DNA from: Chloropicon primus | Taxonomy: Eukaryota | Assembly (NCBI GenBank): GCA_023205875.1 | Contig: CP060755.1 | Span: 124,001-188,000 of the forward strand | Direction: 5' to 3' | DNA: 64,000 nt | Part shown: piece by piece, positions 1-9,067 of the stretch | Layout: every line of letters starts with the position of its first letter | Numbering within the stretch: the stretch's first letter is position 1 | Program-made: the position numbers and the translations under genes | Notes under the pieces: generated by a model | Database searches by the model: none | Seen by the model: only the letters and a program-made list of their open reading frames with translations | What the model was told of the DNA's origin: nothing

Positions 1-1840
1 GCCTCAAGGCCTCCTCCTTCTGGAGAGCTGCCTTTTTCGCCGCCTTCTTTGCAGCTTCCTTCTCCTTCGCCAACTGCCTCGCTGCCTCACGCTCCTGCTC
101 TCTCTGCTGCCTTTCCTTTTCCAGGGCCTCTTCCCTAGCTTTCTTGGCCTCTTCCTCCTTCTTCTTCTTCTCCTCCTCAGCCTTCAGCCTCTCGGCCTCG
201 GCCGCGGCCTCCTCTGCTTCTTTCTTCTCCTTCTTCCTCTGCTTCTTCTCTTTCCTGCGGTTGCGGCGCTCCCTTTCAGCCTCCTGCTTCTTCAGCTGGC
301 GCTCAGACTCGAGCCTCTCGGCCTCTTCCTCCTCCCTTATCAGGGCCTCCTGCCTCTTCAGCGCCTCGTTCTCCTTGAAGGCCACTTCGATGCGGTTGGT
401 GTAGAGGTGAGAAACGACGAACATCTCGATTGCCTGCTTGCCAAGCTCTGCGAGCCTCCTCTCGTCCCTCTCCAGCGAGTCCTTGCCGTAGTCGTCGAGG
501 TCCTTGTCCTCGTTGTGAGGTGGCACCGCCTCGTTCGCGGCTTGCTCCAAAGTCTTCATCACGTCTCCCGCCAAGTAAGTCAGATTCTCCTCCATGGAGA
601 TCGACACTGGGGGGTCCGAGGGCGAGGCGTTCAACGTCTTGAACGCCGCGGCAGAGGACCCACCCTTGCCGCTTCCCTTGGAGCCCTTGTCCGCCTTGTC
701 CCCCTTGCCCTTGGCCGCCGCCGGCGCCGGCGCCGCAGCGAGAGTCTTCTGGCCCTGCTCGACCTGGAGAGCCTTGTACCCAGAATGCAAGGCGTCCATC
801 ACCAAGGTGGAGGTCACCTCCTTCTCGTTGAAGAACCTCTTGACCAGTGACTTGAGGATGTTGTCCGCCCGGTCGCTCGCGAGGCAGGACCTCAGCTGGA
901 CCGAGAGCGAGTCCCAGAACTCGTGGAAGGACTCTGGGCACTCCCTGAGCTTCGCGAGCTTCTCTCTCCTCTCCTCCAAGAACCTCCTGCAGATCCCCTC
1001 GACGTTCGTCAGGTAAACCCTAACGAGCTCCCTCCTGTACTGCGTGTCGAGGCACCTGAAGGGCCTGTTCTGCTTCTCCCTGATTACCTGGACCTGAGCC
1101 TTGATGACCAAGGTGTCCGAGACAGTGAAACCGTCGAGGACCTTGCTCAGCTCCATGAACTTCTTCCAGCCCCAGTCGTGCTCCTTCTTGCAAAACCTGT
1201 GCAAAGTGTCGCTGTACTTGCTCTTCTTGGGGTCCTTGTTCACCACCGCGATGGTGAACTGGGCGAAGTGGGACCAACCCGGAAGGAGCTTGTCGTAGTC
1301 CGCGACGCACAGGAACAGGGACAGGTGGTTGCTCACGTCGCACCCCTGTGGGTAGACCAGGATGTACCACTTGTACTCCCCGACCTCGAACACGTTGGAC
1401 CTCAGCTCTCTCTTGCTGATCTCGGAGAAGTTCTCGATCTTCCAGGTGAACTTTCCGTAGAGGTCCCCCGGCCTCACCCCGTCGTCGTCCTCTTCCGCGA
1501 ATGACGTCGAAGGCTCGAAGTGGCCACCATCGGTGCCCCCTCCCTGAGAGTTCCCCGACAGGCCGTTGCCCGACCCGTTCCTCCACTCATTGCTGTTCTC
1601 GTCCAAGGTCTGCGAGAGCACTCCGTCCACGTTCTTGTCGTTGTTGCTGTTCTGGGAAGAGTTCCCGCCCGCGCCCTTCTCGCCCGCCGTGTTCGAGCCC
1701 CCCGAGTCACCGCTCTTGGAGTTTTGCATCTGCGACGAGGACTTCCTCTTGTTGTCGTTCGAGGCTTTCGGCTCGTCGGTTCCGGAGGACCCGCTGCCTC
1801 CCCTCCCCCCCGACTCCTCCCCTTTCGACGTGTCTCCCAT
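1..1840 (-). CDS. MATH/TRAF-domain protein with C-terminal coiled coil (plant TRAF1/At5g43560-like); 3' end runs off the window
   Basis: Not in the ORF track because it has no stop in the window. Manual translation from ATG 1840 gives DLYGKFTWKIENFSEISKRELRSNVFEVGEYKWYILVYPQG...HLSLFLCVA...WSHFAQFTIAVVNKDPKKSKYSDTLHRFCKKEHDWGWKKFMEL, then RPFRCLDTQYRRELVRVY and a K/E/A-rich coiled coil. Confidence 0.92.
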   Translation of the reverse strand, partial: MGDTSKGEESGGRGGSGSSGTDEPKASNDNKRKSSSQMQNSKSGDSGGSNTAGEKGAGGNSSQNSNNDKNVDGVLSQTLDENSNEWRNGSGNGLSGNSQGGGTDGGHFEPSTSFAEEDDDGVRPGDLYGKFTWKIENFSEISKRELRSNVFEVGEYKWYILVYPQGCDVSNHLSLFLCVADYDKLLPGWSHFAQFTIAVVNKDPKKSKYSDTLHRFCKKEHDWGWKKFMELSKVLDGFTVSDTLVIKAQVQVIREKQNRPFRCLDTQYRRELVRVYLTNVEGICRRFLEERREKLAKLRECPESFHEFWDSLSVQLRSCLASDRADNILKSLVKRFFNEKEVTSTLVMDALHSGYKALQVEQGQKTLAAAPAPAAAKGKGDKADKGSKGSGKGGSSAAAFKTLNASPSDPPVSISMEENLTYLAGDVMKTLEQAANEAVPPHNEDKDLDDYGKDSLERDERRLAELGKQAIEMFVVSHLYTNRIEVAFKENEALKRQEALIREEEEAERLESERQLKKQEAERERRNRRKEKKQRKKEKKEAEEAAAEAERLKAEEEKKKKEEEAKKAREEALEKERQQREQEREAARQLAKEKEAAKKAAKKAALQKEEALR

Positions 1841-2504
1841 ACCTTCCGACCGAACCCGCTACAAACAACAACAAGGTCTTGTCGTCACACCAATACCAAC
1901 ACCACCACGAACCAACCCAGTCCTCGCGCCCCTCCCTCCTTTCTTCCTCTTTCTCCCTCTCCCTCTCCTTCGTCCTTCGTCCTTCGTGTTCCTCTCTTCC
2001 TCGTCCCCAAGGCGGCTCCGTCCTCGTCCCCCCCACAACCAAGCACGCACCCCCGACGCCCGCACGCACCCCCGACCGACGCACCGCACGAACCCCTCTT
2101 GCTCCTCAGCCCGACGCACGACGCACGACGCACGACCTGACCTCCTCCGTCCCTGTCTCTGTCTCAGTCTCTGCCTCCGTCTCCTCCTCCGCTGGGCCTC
2201 TTTCTCTCTCTTCTCTGTCGTCACGGAGCCAAGCAGTAATTCCATCTTAGGCCGTGGACAACAAAGGGCGACTGGTCAAGTAGATTTCCTCTCTTGGTGG
2301 GCGTCTCCCTTCGGGAGGGTCTCTCGCCCGGTCTCCGACCCTGCACCGAATGTGGAGACACGGCGCGGCCGCCGCCACACGAAACCACGAAGAACCAACA
2401 CCAACAACACGAACGAGGAAGAACGCCGAGAGGTTGACGACGAAGACGGGAGCAACGCGTGGCTTGGGGTTTCACAGGAGAACAACAGGACAACGACAGA
2501 GAAG

Positions 2505-3064
2505 ATGGCGAACGGTATTGCTGTGGGTCTTGACAAGGGACACCAAGTCACCAAGAAGGAGAGGAAGGCCGCGCCTGCCAGGAGGAAGGGGGTAAGTCAG
2601 AGTCCAAGACACCACGACACCACGACACCAAAACGAGAGACCAAAACGAGAGACCAAAACGAGAGAGGGGGAGGGGCTACTCTCTGAGATTGATCCAGGC
2701 TTCTTCCCGCGACCCCGAACCCGTGCGTGCGCGAGGGAAAGGGGGAGAAGCGGCGTGTCTTCTTCTTTTGGTTTTTGGTTTTTGGTTTTTTTTCTTGGCT
2801 TGCCCTCACGTTCGCCTCGCGCTAACTCGCCCTTTTCCTTCTTCCCAACCCTCGCAGCGCCTCGCGAACAGGGTCAAGCTCGTGAGAGAGATCGTCAAGG
2901 AGGTCGCCGGTATGGCCCCTTACGAGAAGAGAATCGCTGAGCTCCTGAGAATCGGGAAGGACAAGCGCGCTCTCAAGTACGCCAAGCAAAAGCTCGGTAC
3001 CCACGTCCGTGGAAAGAGGAAGAGAGAGGAAGTTGCCGAGATCCTCAGAATGGCCAGGAAATAA
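2505..3064 (+). CDS. RPL36: 60S ribosomal protein L36 (exons 2505-2591, 2858-3064)
   Basis: [29 protein letters not shown] | [58 protein letters not shown]; intron GTAAGT...GCTAAC...CAG. Confidence 0.97.
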
Positions 3065-3381
3065 GCGACCGACCATGCCTTATATAAGCGCGAGGGAGCG
3101 GGATTGCACGGAGCGTGGGTCTGTCCGCCGGGTTCTCTGAGTTGATACTCGTAGCAAGGGAGAAAGGCGGAGCCCACGCCCGCGTGCGGACCAGCACTAC
3201 TGAGAAGCACATAAATAATGAGCAAACCTTTGGGGGAAGCAGTTCCTCCACTGGGGCTGTAATTTCTATATCACGTTAGGGAAAAGAAAAGAAAAAACAG
3301 GTCGTGCGTGGAGTCGGTTCTCCTCTCTGCAAGCTTCGTTACAGAGCCCACACGCCCTTCTCGTTCTTATCTTGCGGGCGT

Positions 3382-5445
3382 TTAGTAGACCCCGTGCCAC
3401 AGCGTCTGGAGCGTGAGCTTGTTGAGTCTGTAGAGCCTCTTGGTCTCGCTGGTGCCGGCGTGGATGCCTCCATTGACCCACTCCTTCCTCTGTATCCAGT
3501 TCTCCTGAATGTAGTCGAGAATCCCAAGCAAGGCACCGCCTTTGAAGATGCTTTCGCTCGGTGACACTTTGGGCTTCGCCACGTTGACCGTGTTCACAGT
3601 CGTCTCGTTATGCGGGATGCCCGCCAGAACCCTTGATTCCAGCATGTCCACGCACCCAGGGAGGTCGCAGGTTCCATCGCCCACGAGGACGATGTTCTGG
3701 AAAAGCCGCGCCTTGAGCTCAGGCTTTTCTTGGCCCAAGATGCTCGCCACGATCGCCGAGTCGATCCCAGGGAGCTCCGTCGAAGGCTTGGACATCTCTA
3801 GAGACAGCTTGTGCTCGGGCCGCTGCATTTTCTTCGACGCGGTCAGGAATCTGTCTTCCCTCTGCACCAGAGCTTCGAACATGAGCTCGTCCACGGAATC
3901 TCCGAATGGTGAGCTTTGGTCCGCCGAGGTCGCCGTGTGGTCCTCACATCTCCTGCTCTTCTCCTCGGCGGACAGGCCAAAGGCCTTTGGAAAGTACAGC
4001 CCCATGGGGGCGATGAACCTTTCGCTCCCCAGGCCCACCTCCACGCTCTGGGATCCACCAGACCCCTGCCCCAGCCTCAAAACGACATTGGTTCTGTTCG
4101 TGACCCTGGGAGAGCTCTCAGCATTGCCGACCCCGTTACTCCCCGGGCCGCCGTTGGCCCTCACCTCCTCCTCCGTTTCGTACTTGCAGCACTCCGAGTA
4201 GATTCGATCGAGCGCCTCGAATTCCGCCACGGAGTTCCCCCCCAGGCCCCTGTAGCCCTGCGGCTCCTCCACCCCGCCACAGCCGTTGGCCCTCTGGCCG
4301 CCCTCCGAAGACCAAGGCCAGCAACCATGCTTTGCGAGAGAGGACTTGATCATTCGGAAGACGTCCCACCTCCCGTAGGGAAGAACCAGCTTGCTGCTCG
4401 ACAGGCACATGCCGTCCTCCATGCACTGCACCGTGGTCACCTCCGTGTCCACGTTGACCACGCAGGCAATCGGGCAGGCGTGGGTGAAGATGGCCGCAAC
4501 AGCCTCGTCGTGAACAGCAACTTCTTTCATTTCTAAATCCCTAAGGACCACGTCCACAAGGTCCCTCGCCTCTCTTTTGTCCATCACCGAGGAAACCACG
4601 AGAACGCAAGAGTACGAGGGCAGATCCTTCCGGTCGATCTTTAGCCTGTCCTCGATGGCCCACGACCAGATGTCACTGCAGCGCTCCTTGAGCGACGTGC
4701 CACGCGCCCTCTCCTCGTCGTGCAGGTGAAGGTGGCCCGCGCAGATGCAGAAGTGAAGGTCGTAGCCCCCGCCTTTGGCGGCCTCCAGGGCCTCTGACCC
4801 CGCCAGGAACGCCTTCCCCTGTGACTGGAAATCCTCAACGCTCTCCCCCTTTCGATTCTTCAGGTAGGGCTCCTCGACCACTTTCCCGCTCTTCCGGGAT
4901 GCCCGGGACAGGCCCAGCACCGTCTCAATCGTCCGGCGGCCGACGTCCGCGAGGGTCGAGTCCCCGTCCTCGCCGAGCCTCCGCCTCTTCGCGCCTCTCC
5001 CTCCCCCCGATCCCCCCGCCCCCGCCCCCTCCTTCCTCCGATATGCCACGCAGTTCGGCACCTCGACCATTTGGTCCGGCGTGCTCGCCACCCCGATCCT
5101 CAGCGTCTGGGACCCTGGGTGGATCACAATGATCTTCTCCCCCCTCTCGGCCACCATATCCGGCACGGTCATCGCGCGGTAGTACTCGGAGGACTTCTGA
5201 GCCTTGGCGTAGAGCGCGCTGTGCGTCTCATCGTGGCCTTGGCCCTGATTTCCCCTCTTCTTTGCACCACCGGAGCCTTGCCCCCCTCCCTTGGAGGAGG
5301 GCCCCCCTTGCTCCTTCTTTTCGCTTCCAACGACTCCGTTCCCGACTCCATTCCCCACCACGTCCCCTCCCGCGGGCTCCTCCTCCTTCGTCTCCGTAGA
5401 CGTAGACCCTTCAGCCTTCACCTCCACCTCACCACCCTCCTCCAT
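3382..5445 (-). CDS. ARP8: Nuclear actin-related protein, ARP8 (plant ARP9) type, INO80 subunit
   Basis: KIIVIHPGSQTLRIG motif; actin-fold segments ACVVNV, LFQNIVLVG, IFKGGALL, WIQRKEW. Likely ATG at 5445. Confidence 0.85.
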   Translation of the reverse strand: MEEGGEVEVKAEGSTSTETKEEEPAGGDVVGNGVGNGVVGSEKKEQGGPSSKGGGQGSGGAKKRGNQGQGHDETHSALYAKAQKSSEYYRAMTVPDMVAERGEKIIVIHPGSQTLRIGVASTPDQMVEVPNCVAYRRKEGAGAGGSGGGRGAKRRRLGEDGDSTLADVGRRTIETVLGLSRASRKSGKVVEEPYLKNRKGESVEDFQSQGKAFLAGSEALEAAKGGGYDLHFCICAGHLHLHDEERARGTSLKERCSDIWSWAIEDRLKIDRKDLPSYSCVLVVSSVMDKREARDLVDVVLRDLEMKEVAVHDEAVAAIFTHACPIACVVNVDTEVTTVQCMEDGMCLSSSKLVLPYGRWDVFRMIKSSLAKHGCWPWSSEGGQRANGCGGVEEPQGYRGLGGNSVAEFEALDRIYSECCKYETEEEVRANGGPGSNGVGNAESSPRVTNRTNVVLRLGQGSGGSQSVEVGLGSERFIAPMGLYFPKAFGLSAEEKSRRCEDHTATSADQSSPFGDSVDELMFEALVQREDRFLTASKKMQRPEHKLSLEMSKPSTELPGIDSAIVASILGQEKPELKARLFQNIVLVGDGTCDLPGCVDMLESRVLAGIPHNETTVNTVNVAKPKVSPSESIFKGGALLGILDYIQENWIQRKEWVNGGIHAGTSETKRLYRLNKLTLQTLWHGVY

Positions 5446-5795
5446 TCCCCTCCTCTCAAGCAAGCACCCGACGCAAGGGTTGAAAGGCGACCACCACCAC
5501 CACCACTTCGAGAGAGAGTGTGTGTGAGTGAATGGGAATGGAATGGAATGGAATGGAACGGCTTTGGCTTGGCTTGGGTTGGTTTGGAGACCTCTTCTCG
5601 CTGTGGTAACGTAAGGAAACCCCCCACACAGATTCGAGTCGCGTCGCGAGCGACCCTGCGTCTCGTGTTGACCGAAGCGATCGGATGGGCCTGCCTCCGC
5701 CTCCTCAAACAGAGAGTTTGTCCGCTCTCGATCGAGGGAGAGGAGGAGATAAGGGCGTAAGGGCGGCACTCCGAGAGAGAGAGAGAGAGAGGAGG

Positions 5796-6695
5796 ATGAG
5801 GTGCTCGAGGATAGGAGGGTGTGTGAGGGAAAATGAGGGAGGGGGGGAATGGAGGAGGAGGAGGGAAGGAGGGTGTGGGGCGGGGAGGGCGAGGAGGAGG
5901 GAATGCAGGGTCGGGGTGTCTTATGAGAGACAGCAACACGTGAGGAAGAGCACGGAGTGGCTCAACGTCAAAGCGAGGGAGGAGAGGGTGAGGGCCCTGA
6001 CGGAGCAGCTGAAGACGGACCTGCTTCGGACGGTCGCGATGTTTGATAGACCCATCTTCACCACGGCGCTTATCGCGGGGGACGTTGTTCTCCTGGACGT
6101 TCTGCACAAGTCCGGTTTGGTGGATCACGTGCCTGTGGTGTTCATGGACACCCTGCACCTCTTCAACGAGACCTTGGAGTTTCTGGAGGATTGCGAGGAG
6201 CGCTACGGGTTCAAGGCAGAGCGGTACTTGCCGGCTGGCTGCGCCGACAGGAAGGACTGGAACGAGCAGTTCTCGAGCGACCTGTACATGACTGACGTGG
6301 AAAAGTACGACCAGCACGCCAAAGTAGAGCCCCTGAGTAGGGCTCTGACCGAGCTGAGGGCGGACGCTTGGATCAATGGCAGGAGGAGGGATCACGGCTT
6401 CGACAGGGCCTTCCTAGACGTGTACGAGTCTCCCTCGGGGGGGGTGGACCAATTCAAAGTCAATGCGATCGCGCACTGGACGTTCCGTGACTGCTGGGAC
6501 TACCTCGAGTTGAACGAGGTGCCCTACCACCCTCTCCACGACGAGGGGTACCCGTCCATTGGTGACTTGCAGTCGACGCTGCCGGTGCCAAAGGAGAAGT
6601 GGTTCGAGTACGCGGGGGAGAGATCAGGGAGGTGGAGCGGGGAGGGCAAGACGGAGTGCGGCATTCACACCTTTGAAAAGAAGCGAGAAGAGTAA
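5796..6695 (+). CDS. APS/PAPS reductase, CysH-like, FeS-free (APR-B type), probable plastid transit peptide
   Basis: Motifs VVFMDTL, KVEPL, WINGRRRDHG, YHPLHDEGYPSIGD, ERSGRW and C-terminal KTECGIH. The Arg/Gly-rich N-terminus suggests a transit peptide. Confidence 0.9.
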   Translation: MRCSRIGGCVRENEGGGEWRRRREGGCGAGRARRRECRVGVSYERQQHVRKSTEWLNVKAREERVRALTEQLKTDLLRTVAMFDRPIFTTALIAGDVVLLDVLHKSGLVDHVPVVFMDTLHLFNETLEFLEDCEERYGFKAERYLPAGCADRKDWNEQFSSDLYMTDVEKYDQHAKVEPLSRALTELRADAWINGRRRDHGFDRAFLDVYESPSGGVDQFKVNAIAHWTFRDCWDYLELNEVPYHPLHDEGYPSIGDLQSTLPVPKEKWFEYAGERSGRWSGEGKTECGIHTFEKKREE

Positions 6696-6824
6696 ACGAG
6701 TTGAATTTTTTGTGGTGGGCTCGAGGAAATATTTTGCTTCACGCCAAAGCGTAGATCTTTTTGTTAAATCATTTTAGGCCTTCGAAAGCGAATCACGCGG
6801 ATCTACATTACAATGTGCAACATT

Positions 6825-8819
6825 CTACCTCAGCGGAGCTGGGAGGGCAGGGGACTCTTTCATTGGCATCAACGACCGGATTGGCGTCCTCTCCAGACTG
6901 TCTTCCCTCCTCCTTCTGCCTGGTATCGCCACCGCTTCCCCGGGTTTGTGCAGCAAGAAGTCCCTCTCCTCCTCCTTGGTCGCCGGCCCTTGAGGCGTTG
7001 ACGGACTTTTGTACTTGAAATTGTGCGCGACGTAGAGGTAGTACAAAAAGCCCAGGGTGTTCAATCCAGCGACCACGAAGAAAAAATAATCGAGGTGCCC
7101 GTGGTTCAGGTTAGAGGGTATCCATCGACCGTCCTTGGTGTCTTTTGTCACCAAATTTATCAGAGGGATCAGAGCCCCGGCCGTGTATCCCCCGATGGCG
7201 GTCGTCAACAAGGCCAAGGCACTGCAGCAGCTTCGCATGCTGTCCGGCGCCTGGTCGTAAAACAGCTCAAGTTGCCCTATCGAGGCAAAGACCTCGCTGG
7301 CACCAACCAAGGCGTACTGAAAGGTCTGCCAGAATACAGACATGTCCACCGACCCGTCCTCGGTGAACTTTCCCTCGCGCGCCATCTTCAACCTCCGCAT
7401 CTCTACCACACCAGCGACCACCATGGAGATCGAGGCCAGAACGAGACCTATCCCAATTCTCTGCAGGATCGTCATCCGAAGGTTTGCCCTCTCCAGGAGG
7501 GGCACAAGCACCCGGTCGTACAGCGGGACACAGACAATGATGCTGATCGTGTCGAAGGAGCTCAAGGAGGCTGGAGGGATCTCCAGCGAAAATTTACCGA
7601 AGCTCACCTTGGTGTTCATCTGGATGCCCTGAGAGACGAACAGGCTCTGCATCTGGGAGTACACCGTCCAGTAAAAGCACGTTGCGAGGAACATGGGGAA
7701 GAGCCGCACCACCAGCCTGACCTCCTCCACCTGCTCGTGGGTGTAATGCTTCCCGCCGTGACGCTTGCCGTGACCCTGCTGGGGAGACGGCGGGGGAGGA
7801 GACAAAGGCTCCACGGTCCTCGCAGAGTCGTCAGCGTCGCTGCTTACTGCCGACTCGAGCCAGGCGTAGGACATGTTTTGGGGGATCCCGGCGCCTTGCT
7901 CCCCGGGGTGGTAGACTGACTTGTTCTTCCGGGTGGCCGAGAACACGACTTTCAGGACCCTCACGATCGGGCTCTCCGCCGGCTTGATGCGGACGTACCT
8001 CCGCCGGCCGAAGTAGAATATCCACGTCGCCAAGAACATGCACACGGCGGGGATCAGGAACCCTATCGTCCACGAGATCTCCTGCTGGACGTACACGACA
8101 GCCGTGGAGGCAACGAGCGAACCCAAGTTGATGAACAGGTAGAACCAATTGAAGAAGCTCTCCTTCTCCTTCTTCTGCTTTGGAATGTTTTCGTCGAACT
8201 GGTCCGCGCCAAAGGACGAGACGTTGGGCTTGATCCCACCCGTGCCGACGGCAATGATGTAAAGGGCTACGAAGAGAAGAAGCTGGACCTGCACCCAGCT
8301 GAGGTTCGTCTCATCCACAGCGACGTTCGCACCCGCGAGCAGCATCAGACCCACCAGATAGATGCTGCTGAAGACCATGATGGTCTTGTACCTCCCGAGG
8401 TACGAGTCGGCGGCGATGGCCCCCAGGATCGGCGTCACGTAACAGGTTCCCATCCAGATATTCACGTGAGTGTTCGCCTGTGCGGTCCCCATGCCGAGCA
8501 CCTGGTGAAAGTAGACCACGAGGTTGGTCGACAGCCCGTAGTACGCAAGTCGCTCGCACAGCTCGTTCCCCAGAATGAAGGGGCAAACGTGCGTCAGCGG
8601 AGACTTCCGGGAGGAGGAGGAAGCCGGGCCAAGATCCCCACCCGATGAACCCCCGTTCTGCTGCTGATACCCGGCAGCTTTCGCAGCAGCAGCATCCCCA
8701 CTCCACGAGCTCGAGGTTCCCCCTAAAACCGCTTCCCCGCCATAGTACTGGTACTCGGGCTGGCCGACCCTTCGAATCAGGGGCTCCCTCGGATCCCCTG
8801 CCCCCCCCGCCGCACTCAT
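6825..8819 (-). CDS. NRT1/PTR (NPF/POT) proton-dependent peptide/nitrate transporter
   Basis: ExxER motif (NELCERLAYYG), GGIKPNVSSFGADQFD, SFFNWFY, LQRIGIG, ELFYDQAP; about 12 hydrophobic segments. Confidence 0.95.
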   Translation of the reverse strand: MSAAGGAGDPREPLIRRVGQPEYQYYGGEAVLGGTSSSWSGDAAAAKAAGYQQQNGGSSGGDLGPASSSSRKSPLTHVCPFILGNELCERLAYYGLSTNLVVYFHQVLGMGTAQANTHVNIWMGTCYVTPILGAIAADSYLGRYKTIMVFSSIYLVGLMLLAGANVAVDETNLSWVQVQLLLFVALYIIAVGTGGIKPNVSSFGADQFDENIPKQKKEKESFFNWFYLFINLGSLVASTAVVYVQQEISWTIGFLIPAVCMFLATWIFYFGRRRYVRIKPAESPIVRVLKVVFSATRKNKSVYHPGEQGAGIPQNMSYAWLESAVSSDADDSARTVEPLSPPPPSPQQGHGKRHGGKHYTHEQVEEVRLVVRLFPMFLATCFYWTVYSQMQSLFVSQGIQMNTKVSFGKFSLEIPPASLSSFDTISIIVCVPLYDRVLVPLLERANLRMTILQRIGIGLVLASISMVVAGVVEMRRLKMAREGKFTEDGSVDMSVFWQTFQYALVGASEVFASIGQLELFYDQAPDSMRSCCSALALLTTAIGGYTAGALIPLINLVTKDTKDGRWIPSNLNHGHLDYFFFVVAGLNTLGFLYYLYVAHNFKYKSPSTPQGPATKEEERDFLLHKPGEAVAIPGRRRREDSLERTPIRSLMPMKESPALPAPLR

Positions 8820-9067
8820 CCCCTTCCCACCACGAACGACGACGACAAAGGACGCGGACGCCGCTCCCGAGCTCCCTCGTATGTTATGATCACACCTCTT
8901 ATTATTGATAACACTTTTCCTTTTTTTTTTTTTTCGGAGATTTCCCCTTCAGAAGCGCGCCAAAAACCGCGAAAAGGGCCTTCGCTCGGCCGGAGGAGGG
9001 AGGGAGTGTGTGTTTGCGTCGCGTCGTCGTTGTTGTGTGTGTGAGGGAAGGCGAGGGGAGGGGCAAG

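Noticed and set aside
3106..3187. Hairpin as a SECIS element
   Set aside because: RPL36 ends in TAA with no in-frame TGA, and I see no convincing AUGA/GA quartet.
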